From a virus (Duplodnaviria; Caudoviricetes): DNA of 28,593 nt. The notes beneath the pieces were generated by a model, which saw nothing but the letters and a program-made list of their open reading frames with translations, did not search any database and was not told where the DNA came from. The stretch spans positions 1 through 28,593 of the IMG/VR virus record IMGVR_UViG_3300037440_000010. One strand, written 5' to 3'. Numbering within the stretch: position 1 is the stretch's first letter; each line of letters starts with the position of its first letter. Both the position numbers and the translations under genes were made by a program. Below, in pieces: positions 7,400 to 18,529 of this stretch.

Positions 7400-9290
7400 C
7401 AGCTAACTCCTCATCAATCTCTTGCTCAGTCAGTTCTCCAGAAGCTATGGCCTGCTGAATTCTTGGGTCAGCCATTAGCTGCTCTTTAATAGGATTAGAA
7501 GGAGCAGCACCAGCCACCTGACCAGCAAAGCCCCCTGATGTTAATAGATTCTGTGCAGCCAACTTGTAGTCACTATTCTTTTGCACCCTATGAGCAAAGG
7601 CTCTTATTAGCCTATTAAACTCTGGAACATGCTCTCTATTAATCTCATTAATACTGGCTCTGACTCTATCAAATTTGATGTCACTAACTTGGTTGCCCGA
7701 GGCTGGCAGTTCCTTTATGAATGCCTCTATTCCAGTGCCAGAAGCATTGACCTTAAAGCCTACATACCTGTCTAGCCTATCACCAATTCCAACAGCACTC
7801 AGCAGACCAATTTTAGAGGTATGCTTTCTAGTCAAGTCCTTAACCAGATCAGTCTTATATCTCTCAAAGATGGTATTCGCACCTGAGCTTTCCACAACCT
7901 CTTTAGGCGCCAGCAAGAATCTAGGATTAGAGTAGAATCCTATAACAGCTCTCTTGGTATCATTAGGAATCTGGTCATAGTTATTAGCTACTCCATCATC
8001 AAACTGAGATAACATTGTAGACAGCTCTTCTGGATTCTCAATCTTATCAGGACTCTTAAACACCCCATTCATGTATGACAGTACAGGATTAAGCTTATTA
8101 TGAAGTACCTTTTTGTCCCCTCTTGAGTCTTGGACAGCAGCATCCACAGGATTGCTGTTTGGCTTTTTTCCCTCTATAATATTCTTCATAGAAGGTATAG
8201 ACCTGTTAACATAGGCTATAAATTCTGATTTCTGAAGGGCATCAAGACCATTAAGAACTTCTGCTCCACCCATAGCAGACACCAGAGCACGAACTCTAGG
8301 AAGCTCTGGGTTCTGTCTGTCTAAAGAATTTTTAGCCAGTTCATCAGTAAGTTTATTCTGATTCTGGAACCACTCAAATTCTTTCTCTCCGGTTAATGTT
8401 TTTCTTGCTTCATCAACTAGAACATTAAGATCACTTCTAATCTCGGTTATACGAGATTGTGCCACATCTGACTTAAGGGCCATACTATTGAGTTGGGCAT
8501 TATTGGACATCTCAATAGACTCTAATTCACTAAAGCGTTGTCTAGTTACTTCTGGGTCTTCGTCTCTTGTATAGCCATCCATAGCTGTAGCTAGCCTAGC
8601 ATGATGATCTGATAGTGCAAGAGGAGTTGCTGAGGAAATAAGCTTCTCAAAGGCAGCCCGTTTATCCTCAGAAGGAGTTCTCTTGTCCTCCCTCTTCAAT
8701 AGATAATCCCCTAGATCAGCCTCATAAGTAGAATAGGCAGCAGTCCATTTAGCAGCGTTGGACGACTTTTGCTGATTACTCCATTCTGGATTATAATCTG
8801 GAAAACCAGACCAGTAGCTTTCTAGTTGTTCTGCTTCTCTTTGCTCGTCATTCTGTACTTGTCTATAAAGCTCCCCCGGATTAGCACCAGTAGCAATAGA
8901 AAAGATGTCCGACAACTTCTTAGCTTTTTCCGGGTTAGAAGCAACATACTTTCTGAATTCCACTAGGGCATTAAGTCTGCCAGTAGTGTAGTCTCCAGTC
9001 TGAGAGATGGTATTTTGGATAGAATTGGCTCTTTGTTCAGCCTCAGTAATTACAGGATCAGGCTGATCTGTGCCAGTAAGGGCATCATAGAAATCTTCAA
9101 AGGCATGGCCCAAGAATTCATCTTCTTTCTTTTGGGCTCTTTTAACTCCTAGCTCCCTAAGAGCGTCCCCAAGACCAGAGATTCCCTCTGCTATAGCAGC
9201 ATCACTGCCAGATACACTGGCACTGCCCCCAGAGGAGCTACCTCCTGAAAAGAAAGTTACATCACTTACTTGCCTAGTAAATTCAGCCAT
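7380..9290 (-). CDS. Putative internal virion (ejection) protein, 636 aa
   Basis: Helical composition and position after the largest late gene. Confidence 0.6.
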   Translation of the reverse strand: MAEFTRQVSDVTFFSGGSSSGGSASVSGSDAAIAEGISGLGDALRELGVKRAQKKEDEFLGHAFEDFYDALTGTDQPDPVITEAEQRANSIQNTISQTGDYTTGRLNALVEFRKYVASNPEKAKKLSDIFSIATGANPGELYRQVQNDEQREAEQLESYWSGFPDYNPEWSNQQKSSNAAKWTAAYSTYEADLGDYLLKREDKRTPSEDKRAAFEKLISSATPLALSDHHARLATAMDGYTRDEDPEVTRQRFSELESIEMSNNAQLNSMALKSDVAQSRITEIRSDLNVLVDEARKTLTGEKEFEWFQNQNKLTDELAKNSLDRQNPELPRVRALVSAMGGAEVLNGLDALQKSEFIAYVNRSIPSMKNIIEGKKPNSNPVDAAVQDSRGDKKVLHNKLNPVLSYMNGVFKSPDKIENPEELSTMLSQFDDGVANNYDQIPNDTKRAVIGFYSNPRFLLAPKEVVESSGANTIFERYKTDLVKDLTRKHTSKIGLLSAVGIGDRLDRYVGFKVNASGTGIEAFIKELPASGNQVSDIKFDRVRASINEINREHVPEFNRLIRAFAHRVQKNSDYKLAAQNLLTSGGFAGQVAGAAPSNPIKEQLMADPRIQQAIASGELTEQEIDEELAGATAAN

Positions 9291-9291
9291 A

Positions 9292-12200
9292 TTAGTTTCC
9301 GCCTTCTCTTGACCTTAATGCTTCATCTCTTTCAGCACGCATTGAGTCAATAATGAACTTGATTTTCTCTTTGTCCTTTAAATTCTTTAGATTCATAATC
9401 CTAGTGGTAAAGGAAGAGTATGGGTCATGGTCTGCCTTTAGAACTTTGATTATCATGTTATTCAATTTAGACTCACCAGTCTCAGTTAAGTCTCTAAACT
9501 TAGCATCTGTAAAGTAGCCAATCATAGCATTATATTCGTCAACATTCATAGTAGCTTTTAGGTACTCAAAATGCTTAAGTACTTGCTGCTTATATACTTC
9601 CTGAGACATTTCTTTCTTCTCAGCAAGTCTTGTAATCTTCATAAGATTCTTGTGAAGCTTGCCTGCTGTTTCCCTCAAATCTTTGTCGCTCAAAGGAAGA
9701 GCAGTAGAGCCATATTTGTCAAGTATCTCTTGTCTGGTGGCATAGTAGTCTGATTCTGTCTGGGAGCCTACTCCAAGAATCGTCCTAGCCCAAGACTCCC
9801 CTTTGGTAACATCTGCTATTGGTCTGCCAAATCTATCCCTAACTTGCCCCTCTTTAAGGGCCATTCGACCAGTTAGGATGTTGTTATATTGTGGAGATAT
9901 AGCTAGAACACTGTTCGCAAAGGCCCGGAACTTGTCCAGTGTAGTTAGATCAGGAGTATCCACAGCTCCAGCTAGTGTAAAGGCAAATTCCCCCCATTCG
10001 TATGCTCTTGTGACAAGTTGCATACCGGGAGCATCCTTAATAAAATTCGATGTATCCGGCTCCATAAGCCCCACAGCCTGAAATAAGCTATTGGCAAACC
10101 CTAGGTAGGGGCTAGTTCTGCCTCCCTTGGAGAGCGGCAGAGCGCCCGAGAACGGGGCAAAGGAGGAGGAAAAGTCAAGATTGGTTTGTTCCCCAGTGGC
10201 ATCCACAGTCCTGAACATAAAGTCCAGAGCCATTCCTGCCAGTCCCTCTTCAACCACAGGACGAGCCAAGGCATCATCATCTTTATCAATTCCTAGCTTT
10301 GCTAGGGCCTCATCGTAGAACTCAGTAAGACCATAACCAGCAATGCCATAAATGGCAAATTGGGTAGCCACAAGGCGCTTGCGCTCCGAGTTACTCCAAG
10401 TCTTGTCTGACAGAGCTCCTACAATAGGAGCATCTGGAATTAGCTGCTGAAGGGCTCTACTATTATAGTTTGAGAACTGAAAGAGTGTACGCCATATGCC
10501 TGTTTGCATATAAGTACGTCCAGCATCATTCATCATGCCGGTACGCATCTCAGTTTCACCAATAATGTCATCTTCAAATTTCTGCCACTTGATATTAGGA
10601 TTATTTACTTCATATTTATTCTTTGTAACCAAGAACGCAGAAACTTTGTTAACTGTCTCTCCAAGAGAGAAGCCGTACAGTCTGCCATAATGAGCCAGCA
10701 GTAGTACTGAGTTAGCCATTGTCTCTCCTGCTCGAAAAGCCTTTGACTGACCAACCTGAGAGCGGACCTCAGTAGTAACTCCGTCTACAAAGCTATGAGA
10801 ATTCACTACAGCCACATTATTAGAGGCTGCGTCCACTAGATCATCAATATCGTTTTCGGTTGTGTCTAATGATTTGGCTAGTGCTGCTCTGCGTTTTGCC
10901 CAGAGTTCTGAGCTTCCGCCTCTCTTAAGGGCCAGCCCTTCCATAATTGCCTCGAACTCTTTCCACGATCTAGGAGAGGCAGCATACTTCATTCCATGCT
11001 CCACTCCAGCATACACACTTGTAGTCTGGGCCTGTAAAAATAGCTGTCTAGCAGGGGACAGGGCGATTCCTTTGATAAAGGCAAAGGCAGACAAGCTGCC
11101 TGTGATGCCTCTATTTCTTTGTCTGATTAATGAAAGACCAACATCTGATCTAAAGGCACTGCGGCCATTACCTATAATTTGGTCTCCCAACCAAATCATC
11201 ATTTGGGTTTGGGTCTGTGCTGTCCATGTACGATCCATACCCATGTTAAGGGTGATTCTATCCCAATATGCTACAGCATCATCGTACAATGCATCATAGT
11301 CTATAATCTTTCCATCAGTTATTTCTTTAGACAGATTAGACCGCTTAACGGGTGGCTGATATGGTGTAAATCTTCCAAACAAGTCCGCAAATTTAATATC
11401 GTATCGTGCAACGTCTGCGTCAATGGCTGGCTTTAGAAACGCCATCTTAGCAGCGGAGTTTCTTACATGAACAAGGGCCTCGTCAATAGGGGTTAGAAAG
11501 CGGTCACCAGAGATGAACTCAATCTCGTTTCCTCTTCCCTTTGAGAACCACATCTGATTATTAGCGACGTAGTATTCATCACCAGTTCTTGTGTCAAATC
11601 CACGTTCCTGTAGCTCCCTCATTGGACGAGACCTGAAGGTTTTATCAGGAAACTTTGCTGACAGCTCGGCTAGATATGAACCTGCTTGTTTGCTACCAAC
11701 AGCCATCTTAAGAACTTTACGTCCCTCTAGCGCGCTGCCGGGAGCATGCTTAACGCCATCAAGAACTCTTTCATATACCTGCTCAATTACATGAGTGGCC
11801 TCATACCTCTTGTTAATATGTCCGGGCAGATACCGTAAAACATAATCCGGCAGCTCTGCAACTTTGGAGTCTCCGCCAGCCCCTACAATGACGTAAGACG
11901 CCTCTTCTCCAGCTCCAATTCTTTGAGGATACAAGAACTCATTAAAAGTAGCACCCTTCTTAAGTTCGTCTTCTACTATAGCCGGAGTTAGTGCTACTCT
12001 TTCTCCTGTCTCTGAGTCCAGAGCAAACTTAATTGCGCCCGCTCGTTCAGAAGACAATGCCTTGACAGGAGTGTCATATAAGGGGGATACCAATCTACGA
12101 TAGCCTCTAGCAGCCAAGTCAAGTCTATGAGCACGATTCTTAACTTCGTAATCTACAAGATTGGTAGCACGCATACCGTTATAGGCAGCTATAGCAGCAG

Positions 12201-14196
12201 GATCATTATTCAAATGAATCTTGGCTTCAGCCAGAGTAAACTCTACACCAGAGTCGTCTTCCATTGCTAAGACTCTGTTAACAACCTCCTTCTGCTCTGC
12301 ATTTAGTTTTCTATAAGGATCACTAAGCCTAGAAATATGCTCAGCAAAGCGTCCCGATCTGGCAGCAGCAACGCCATATGTGATATTCATGAATTTCCCA
12401 AACTGGGAAGTTACGTTAGCTAGCTTGGCCCATCTGCCCGGCAAGGAACGTACCGGGCGAGGCTCAAGAATCTGTCCATGAATCTTTGGATTCCAAGGAA
12501 CAGAGTAATGAATCTGGGCGGCGTAATCATCTAGATAAGCAGGCGCATTTACAGCCCCCGGCCAAATAGAGTCTACGTATTGATTTAGTTCTTGCTCTGG
12601 AGCTGGAATAGTGCCAGTTTTAGCAATTGGCTCATACTCTCCATTGATGTTCTTTCTAAGAATAGTGAAGCTAGCACCATCAAGAATTTCTCTAAAGTTC
12701 CCCATAGCAGCCTTAACGGATTCAGCAGAAGGCCAGCCCCTAGTCTCATCCATCCTAACCATATTGTTTACTACAAACTTATCTAGGTGCCTAGTTACAG
12801 AGGAGCCATTAATAACATGAACCCCACCTGTCTTGGCAGCCTCTTCAGCTACCCGGATAGCCGATACTTCAGCAGCCACCTTTTCGGCTTCCTGTAATAG
12901 AAAATCTGTCTTGCCAAATTTAGAGATGTTTAAAACCTCTTCAGCAAGCTTCTTGGCTACCGGATTTACAGCATCAGGAGCACCTGTGACGGGCTCTCTT
13001 GCAGAACCAATAAAGAATTGTTCTGAGGCAACAGCCTCTTTAGTGGTTCCCATTGCTTCCGCTGTCTTGCCAGTAGTATCTTCCAATATAGATACAGCAG
13101 AATTCTGTCCGTCCTTGGGGGCGTACCTATTAAGCAAGTCTTGAGTTGAGCCCTTAGTCACACGCATCATTGGGCGGCCTAGGGACTTCATCATTAACTT
13201 ACCAATTGGGGCACCTATAATTGTTGCATCTGCTATCCCAACAATATTATAGAGAGTACGCAAAAGACCCATATTGGCAGCACCGGGGTCAATAGCTGCC
13301 TCTAGAGCCTGCAAGATGTCAGCCATACCAACATCCGTATCCAGCCATAGCCCCTTCTTTTGGGCAGCATTAATCACTGCCTTGACCATCCGTACTCTTA
13401 CTTCTGGATTAGCTGTAGCATATCTCTTGGAGAATGCATTGAATAGTTCCCCCGGAAGTAGATTGTAATAGAACTGATCTAATTCAGGATCAGCAGAGGC
13501 TAGAGCATCCTTAAGCTCCCAAGACCAGCCGGGCACAGCCTGAGCAGCAAAACCACCAGCAGCCACCATTAAGGAGGGGTCTAATTTGGCAGCAGCAGAG
13601 GTTATTTCTCTATTGACTATATCATTGGCTACCATCTCTCTTTGGGCAGCCTGAATAAGACCAATCTGGCTTTGCCCTGCTAAGGCATTATCTACTTCAG
13701 CAGAGGCAGCAATCTTGTATTTAACATAATCATGAATGGGTATATCTTGCCTAGAGGCCACATCTTCGTCAATGAGGCTAAGGTTCCTGAGTTTTTCATC
13801 AGGAGTTAATGCAGTAGAAGCTACAATTTCCTCTATGTCTTGGGCATCTGCTTGGGCTCGAACATCATAGATTTCATCACGGAAAGCGTCAACATCAGGA
13901 CTTTCCCCATTATTCAATAGGGAGTCCTTCATAAGATCGTAATTAGAAGTTTGGGCTTCCCCCTTTAAATAGGAGAGTTTGGAAGCAAGGCTTCCAGCAG
14001 ATACTTCTGGTAGTCCCAGTCCACTATTAAAGTCATAGAATTGAATGGAGTCACCAGTATCGCTGTCCAGAATACTTTCTGAACCAGCCAGCAGAGCCTC
14101 CTCACTTTCTACAGGATCAGGAATGCTGCCCTGTGCTAGGAGAGCTTCCCCCCCTCCTACTTGTTCTTCTTTTTGCTGTGGAGCGAAATCGGGCAT
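9292..14196 (-). CDS. Large internal virion (ejection) protein, 1634 aa
   Basis: Size, Ala-rich helical composition and podovirus synteny. No catalytic motif recognised. Confidence 0.7.
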   Translation of the reverse strand: MPDFAPQQKEEQVGGGEALLAQGSIPDPVESEEALLAGSESILDSDTGDSIQFYDFNSGLGLPEVSAGSLASKLSYLKGEAQTSNYDLMKDSLLNNGESPDVDAFRDEIYDVRAQADAQDIEEIVASTALTPDEKLRNLSLIDEDVASRQDIPIHDYVKYKIAASAEVDNALAGQSQIGLIQAAQREMVANDIVNREITSAAAKLDPSLMVAAGGFAAQAVPGWSWELKDALASADPELDQFYYNLLPGELFNAFSKRYATANPEVRVRMVKAVINAAQKKGLWLDTDVGMADILQALEAAIDPGAANMGLLRTLYNIVGIADATIIGAPIGKLMMKSLGRPMMRVTKGSTQDLLNRYAPKDGQNSAVSILEDTTGKTAEAMGTTKEAVASEQFFIGSAREPVTGAPDAVNPVAKKLAEEVLNISKFGKTDFLLQEAEKVAAEVSAIRVAEEAAKTGGVHVINGSSVTRHLDKFVVNNMVRMDETRGWPSAESVKAAMGNFREILDGASFTILRKNINGEYEPIAKTGTIPAPEQELNQYVDSIWPGAVNAPAYLDDYAAQIHYSVPWNPKIHGQILEPRPVRSLPGRWAKLANVTSQFGKFMNITYGVAAARSGRFAEHISRLSDPYRKLNAEQKEVVNRVLAMEDDSGVEFTLAEAKIHLNNDPAAIAAYNGMRATNLVDYEVKNRAHRLDLAARGYRRLVSPLYDTPVKALSSERAGAIKFALDSETGERVALTPAIVEDELKKGATFNEFLYPQRIGAGEEASYVIVGAGGDSKVAELPDYVLRYLPGHINKRYEATHVIEQVYERVLDGVKHAPGSALEGRKVLKMAVGSKQAGSYLAELSAKFPDKTFRSRPMRELQERGFDTRTGDEYYVANNQMWFSKGRGNEIEFISGDRFLTPIDEALVHVRNSAAKMAFLKPAIDADVARYDIKFADLFGRFTPYQPPVKRSNLSKEITDGKIIDYDALYDDAVAYWDRITLNMGMDRTWTAQTQTQMMIWLGDQIIGNGRSAFRSDVGLSLIRQRNRGITGSLSAFAFIKGIALSPARQLFLQAQTTSVYAGVEHGMKYAASPRSWKEFEAIMEGLALKRGGSSELWAKRRAALAKSLDTTENDIDDLVDAASNNVAVVNSHSFVDGVTTEVRSQVGQSKAFRAGETMANSVLLLAHYGRLYGFSLGETVNKVSAFLVTKNKYEVNNPNIKWQKFEDDIIGETEMRTGMMNDAGRTYMQTGIWRTLFQFSNYNSRALQQLIPDAPIVGALSDKTWSNSERKRLVATQFAIYGIAGYGLTEFYDEALAKLGIDKDDDALARPVVEEGLAGMALDFMFRTVDATGEQTNLDFSSSFAPFSGALPLSKGGRTSPYLGFANSLFQAVGLMEPDTSNFIKDAPGMQLVTRAYEWGEFAFTLAGAVDTPDLTTLDKFRAFANSVLAISPQYNNILTGRMALKEGQVRDRFGRPIADVTKGESWARTILGVGSQTESDYYATRQEILDKYGSTALPLSDKDLRETAGKLHKNLMKITRLAEKKEMSQEVYKQQVLKHFEYLKATMNVDEYNAMIGYFTDAKFRDLTETGESKLNNMIIKVLKADHDPYSSFTTRIMNLKNLKDKEKIKFIIDSMRAERDEALRSREGGN

Positions 14197-14199
14197 TAA

Positions 14200-14826
14200 T
14201 TATCTCCGCAACTGCGGATATAGTGAGCCCGCACCCAAAGACCTACCAAATGGATTATTAGTTGCTCCAATATTATAGTTACGGAATCCGGTAGACGTAA
14301 AGCCTCCTCTTTGGAAGCTAAAAGCATTGCCTCCTATTCCAGTACTAGTCGGGGATGGGCCTCCTCTGGGGTCTCCAGCAGGGGCACCTCCTCCGCCACC
14401 ACCACCCGGACTGAAGAAATCCACCAGACCGCCAGCCACATTACCAAGAGCCTGATTATAGAATCTAATCTCAGCAGCTCGTCTACGAAGCACAATGGCA
14501 GTGTTAATAGCGTTGCCTCTCCTGCGCTGAATGTCCATAAGCTGGTTTATAAAGCCCACATTAGCCGCAGATTGACTAGTAACAGAACCAGCTCCACCAG
14601 ACGGCCCTGAGCCTGACACGCCGCCAGCAGCGGCGCTACCTCGTATTTGGGCTCGCAAGACTCTAGCCTCAGCTAAGTTCCTTATCTGCTCTCTACGGTT
14701 ACGGACATTTTGCTCCTGCTGTTCAAGAGCGCGAGCGCGTTTCTCGTTTCTTTCCGCTTTTCTATCCGTGCTTCTAGTAAGCAGCCCGCCAACAATACTT
14801 GTTAATGCTGATATTGCGCCACCCAT
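14200..14826 (-). CDS. Small internal virion protein (T7 gp14-like position)
   Basis: Hydrophobic Gly-rich N-terminus, coiled-coil, SAAAGGVSGSG segment and Gly-rich tail. GAGGT RBS. Confidence 0.7.
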   Translation of the reverse strand: MGGAISALTSIVGGLLTRSTDRKAERNEKRARALEQQEQNVRNRREQIRNLAEARVLRAQIRGSAAAGGVSGSGPSGGAGSVTSQSAANVGFINQLMDIQRRRGNAINTAIVLRRRAAEIRFYNQALGNVAGGLVDFFSPGGGGGGGAPAGDPRGGPSPTSTGIGGNAFSFQRGGFTSTGFRNYNIGATNNPFGRSLGAGSLYPQLRR

Positions 14827-14829
14827 ACC

Positions 14830-15282
14830 TTACCTCAGTGCTTTGGTTGATATAAATTGATTCATATCATATCCGCTATGCTTCATAAATCGTTCATGTT
14901 TGTTCGTCTTGGTAGTTGTTATTTGAATAACATCTGCCCCAATCTTTGCTAGTTTTGACTCAAAATACTTCATAAATCTTGGTATAGTAAATTTGTTTCT
15001 ATATTCTGGTAAAATGTATATTGTGTCGTTTCCAGCAAACTTCTTACCTTTAAAATGCAGATGGTCATCAACAATAAAAGAGGCATACCCAATTAGCTGT
15101 CCCCAGTCTCTAATAGTATAAAGTCGAATTATACCCAAGCTATTAAGGTGCATGTATTTAGGCCAATCTGGGTCAACCCTCATAGCCCCATAATCAAACC
15201 TTACTTCATCCCAGTGGGCATTAGTTAGTACCTTTAGCTCGTCTAAACATCCTGCAATAGTTTCTTCAGCAAACTCTATCAT
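14830..15282 (-). CDS. GNAT-family acetyltransferase-like protein (150 aa)
   Basis: GQLIGYASF and NDTIYILPEYR motifs, with GY near the C-terminus. Start moved to ATG 15282 (TAATG overlap). Confidence 0.8.
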   Translation of the reverse strand: MIEFAEETIAGCLDELKVLTNAHWDEVRFDYGAMRVDPDWPKYMHLNSLGIIRLYTIRDWGQLIGYASFIVDDHLHFKGKKFAGNDTIYILPEYRNKFTIPRFMKYFESKLAKIGADVIQITTTKTNKHERFMKHSGYDMNQFISTKALR

Positions 15283-17483
15283 TATTGTAGTGCTGCTCCA
15301 GCAGTATAAGGCACGCTCCATCCAAGCAACCTAAAGTCTTTATTAGGAACGGACGACCACCTAAAGGATACAGATTTACCATGACCTCTAACTTTAAGCC
15401 TAGTTTGTACTAATGTGTTCCCATCATCAAACACATCGTCAATATCAACTGGCGTGTATGGCTTGGTGAATCTATACGCATTCTGTGGCACACTCCATTT
15501 ACCCCCAGTATCAGTGCCGTGCCAATCCCATCTGGATTGAAACAAGCAGCCGCTTGGCTTTTGATATTCTATTGGGCTAATACTTGTAAATCCTGATTCT
15601 GTCTTTTCAAAGTAAGAATAGCAGAATACTGCCATCTTCTTTCTCATCAAATCTCCAAGATTCTCAAATCCCGATTGAATAAAGCTAGTATATAAAATAG
15701 GATCATCGTAGGATGCCCAATCTTGAAAATTCCTATCTCTAAAAAGAGCAAAGGTGTACTTATAGTCACCACCAACTACATACACAACTAAGCAATGGAC
15801 ATAATCAATACGCTCAACCGATGCTATCTCAGTAACAACAACCTCATCTCCATTAACTACCACCTGATCGCTATTAACTACTACATTATCTGTTACAAGA
15901 GTATTAATAGAGTTCTTGTGGTATGCGGCCCCAGCCACACCCGGAATGACTCCCTGCTCATACGGCATGGAATACTTTACAAATGCCGGAGAGGGAGTTG
16001 ACAAGTCTAATATTAGAGCTTTGTTAACATTATGTCTAAATAATATACCAAGGTAGCCAGTGCTGTCATTATAAAACCAGTACACTTTCTTAGCTGTGCT
16101 GTCATAAAAGGAGGACAGTGCGCCTAACGCAGTTCTAGGTATATTAAGGTAGAATCCCCTAATTGTGTCTCTAGTTATATCAGTTGAAACAAGAGCATTT
16201 ACAGAATTAGGGTCTGCACCAACAGCGTAAATACCACCCTCAGACCAATACAAAACTAATGATTCTGCCGAAATAATTCCACCTACACTGTTAGCTCCAA
16301 ATTCAGAAATCTTATTCACTGAGTAAGAAGACGCAGTAAATCCTGAGTCTGTACCAGTAATTTGCCAAACTCCGTTAGCACCAAACACTATAACACTTCC
16401 ACCAAAAGCTATAATGCCATGAATCTTTCCTGCTTCTGGAATAATAATGGTTCCACCATCAGTATCTAGAAGTTCATTAAATTCTTCCGCTGTTGGGTCT
16501 TGTTCTTGATAGCATTTCCCAGCATTACCAAGCTGTAGGTCTTCCAAAACTTGGCTAAAAAAGATATGTCCATTTAGTTTAGTAGAGTCAAGACCGGAAT
16601 ACCATACCCTTCCAGAAAAGAATGTTACTGATTCTGGTCTGTTAGTCTCAATTTCTATAGGCAGATTGTTAGCGCCTGATAAGAGATTTCTATTCCTTAA
16701 AAACGCGTCTAATATGAAATGCCCATTAGCGGCAGCGGTATTACCAAAAAACTGCTGATTTAGAGTACCAGCAGAGAAATTTCCGTTGGAATCTTTTCCC
16801 GCAGACATGACATCTGCATTTGACGGATACTTGCCTTGAGAATTTCTATAAGTGGTATAATTGGCTTGTGACCAGCCTTGATTCTTTAAATTATATTCAT
16901 GCTCAGGAGACAGAGTAGTTGGACGCTCCTCAATAGCTAGACCATCGTCTAATCTATCAAAATCCCGCATTTGAATTAGAATTTCTGTGGTACTAAATGT
17001 GTTTGAGTCAGCATCGTATTCAATATAGAAAGGGTCTGTTCCCCTTCCAACCATAAACAGGCGGCCTTTTCCATATGCAGATTGAAGGACAGACCTTTTG
17101 CCTGAAGACGGAGTGACCGCATGGGTGCTAATATCGAGGGTGTCTAGGAGGTCGGCAGAAAGAATTTCTTCTGTAGTGTCGTATATATCAAGTTTTGATC
17201 CCATCTGGACAACAGTGAAATCTCTTTCTCCAAGTTGTGATACGGCCTTCCATCTGTGAACAGACATACCAATAAAGTTCACATCCTCTTGGTCTCCCAC
17301 ATCTCTATCAACATATCCATCTTCAAAATCAATTCCCAGTCTGCGCCTAATAGAACCATCATTTTGAAGATCAATATTATCCAAATCCACAGCCGCACCA
17401 TCCGGTACCGCCAATGGATTAGCCTCGGTTATTAGCCCGCCAATAAAATTGACGTAAGCCTTATCCGCTGTTGCTCTCGGCAT
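15282..17483 (-). CDS. Tail tubular protein B / nozzle-like protein
   Basis: NFIGGLITEANPL...N.D...DGSIRRRLG N-terminus, beta-propeller-like body, FFSGRVWYSG and RLKVRGHGKS...LLGW C-terminus; synteny. Confidence 0.85.
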   Translation of the reverse strand: MPRATADKAYVNFIGGLITEANPLAVPDGAAVDLDNIDLQNDGSIRRRLGIDFEDGYVDRDVGDQEDVNFIGMSVHRWKAVSQLGERDFTVVQMGSKLDIYDTTEEILSADLLDTLDISTHAVTPSSGKRSVLQSAYGKGRLFMVGRGTDPFYIEYDADSNTFSTTEILIQMRDFDRLDDGLAIEERPTTLSPEHEYNLKNQGWSQANYTTYRNSQGKYPSNADVMSAGKDSNGNFSAGTLNQQFFGNTAAANGHFILDAFLRNRNLLSGANNLPIEIETNRPESVTFFSGRVWYSGLDSTKLNGHIFFSQVLEDLQLGNAGKCYQEQDPTAEEFNELLDTDGGTIIIPEAGKIHGIIAFGGSVIVFGANGVWQITGTDSGFTASSYSVNKISEFGANSVGGIISAESLVLYWSEGGIYAVGADPNSVNALVSTDITRDTIRGFYLNIPRTALGALSSFYDSTAKKVYWFYNDSTGYLGILFRHNVNKALILDLSTPSPAFVKYSMPYEQGVIPGVAGAAYHKNSINTLVTDNVVVNSDQVVVNGDEVVVTEIASVERIDYVHCLVVYVVGGDYKYTFALFRDRNFQDWASYDDPILYTSFIQSGFENLGDLMRKKMAVFCYSYFEKTESGFTSISPIEYQKPSGCLFQSRWDWHGTDTGGKWSVPQNAYRFTKPYTPVDIDDVFDDGNTLVQTRLKVRGHGKSVSFRWSSVPNKDFRLLGWSVPYTAGAALQ

Positions 17484-17781
17484 TTCTCTCTTCTTTTCTC
17501 TTCCTGAGTTGTTCTTTTAGTTTAGGATCAATAAATGCTTCTAGTTTCTTTTTGTTCTGTATCTCATTAGAGAAATAGAACTCTATGGCTTGTTTAGCTA
17601 GTTCAAACGTGGTGTATTTGCCGGATAACTCTCTAGGGATAGTACCACCAGACATCTCAACTGCATAAGTGCCATAGGGCCTAGGAACTACTCTAAAATC
17701 TACTGCCGTTCCTAATGTTCCTTTTTCTACTATAGTTGTTGGAGAATCTGTCTCAGTAGGCGGCTGTTTAGCGTCTGCCAT
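17461..17781 (-). CDS. Hypothetical protein between tail tubular A and B (106 aa)
   Basis: GGTIPRELSGKYTT...AKQAI segment; overlaps both neighbours. ATG 17781 is the more plausible start. Confidence 0.7.
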   Translation of the reverse strand: MADAKQPPTETDSPTTIVEKGTLGTAVDFRVVPRPYGTYAVEMSGGTIPRELSGKYTTFELAKQAIEFYFSNEIQNKKKLEAFIDPKLKEQLRKRKEERNAESNSG

Positions 17782-18529
17782 ACTTATTCTTTGGGGTCTC
17801 ATTATTGGTTCTTCCTGCTTTTCTGCGTAAGAAAGACATACCCCTAAGAGCCCGTTTCTCGTCTCCGGGGGATAGTTGGTCTTTGAAATAGAGAAACGCG
17901 TTGGCCTTGACTTCCGCTAAGAAAGCTGGAAACATCTTAGCTGGCATTTCTGGAATGAAAGTGTTCTGTGTAGTCCAGCCCGGATAAACAATAGCAAAGG
18001 CCATAGTTTTAGACTCTTGTAATGTGGCATCTAAATCTTCATTATAAGAATCAAATACAATATACTTGTCGTCAAAAGAAGTCCAAAACTCTGGATTCTT
18101 AGTCTTTTCAATGAACAGATCAATTCCTGAGAAGTCTTCCACTTCTTGGATGTTGGTTGTATCAGTAGTGTCCTTGGTAAGAGTCAGTCTAATAAACTCT
18201 TCGGGACATTTATATTCTAGTTGCTTGTACTCTCTGGGATCAGCAGGATCAGCAGTAATCTCATACCTAATCTCCATTGATCTGTCTAGTTCAGCAACAT
18301 CGTCCTGAAGTTTTAGATAGTTTGGCTTGGTTACGTCTGATAATGCTTGTATTTTAATAAGCTTCTTTTCAAAAGGCCAATCGTCCCTAGTAGTCCACTC
18401 TTCATACAGAGTCCTAACTAGGTCTACAATTTGCAGGGATTCCGCAGTGTCGTCAATACTAGTTACAGCATCACTTCCCATAGCGCTAAGAGTACGCTGC
18501 ACCAACTCAAGTAGAGTTAATTTTTGCAT
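17768..18529 (-). CDS. Tail tubular protein A / adaptor
   Basis: TLLELVQRTLSAMGSDAVTSIDDTAES N-terminus, PEFWTSFDD, and KYGRR end; synteny. Confidence 0.85.
   Translation of the reverse strand: MQKLTLLELVQRTLSAMGSDAVTSIDDTAESLQIVDLVRTLYEEWTTRDDWPFEKKLIKIQALSDVTKPNYLKLQDDVAELDRSMEIRYEITADPADPREYKQLEYKCPEEFIRLTLTKDTTDTTNIQEVEDFSGIDLFIEKTKNPEFWTSFDDKYIVFDSYNEDLDATLQESKTMAFAIVYPGWTTQNTFIPEMPAKMFPAFLAEVKANAFLYFKDQLSPGDEKRALRGMSFLRRKAGRTNNETPKNKYGRR

Noticed and set aside
9292-14196. Virion RNA polymerase as identity of the 1634-aa protein
   Set aside because: No polymerase catalytic motif recognised, and it is much shorter than N4-type virion RNA polymerases.
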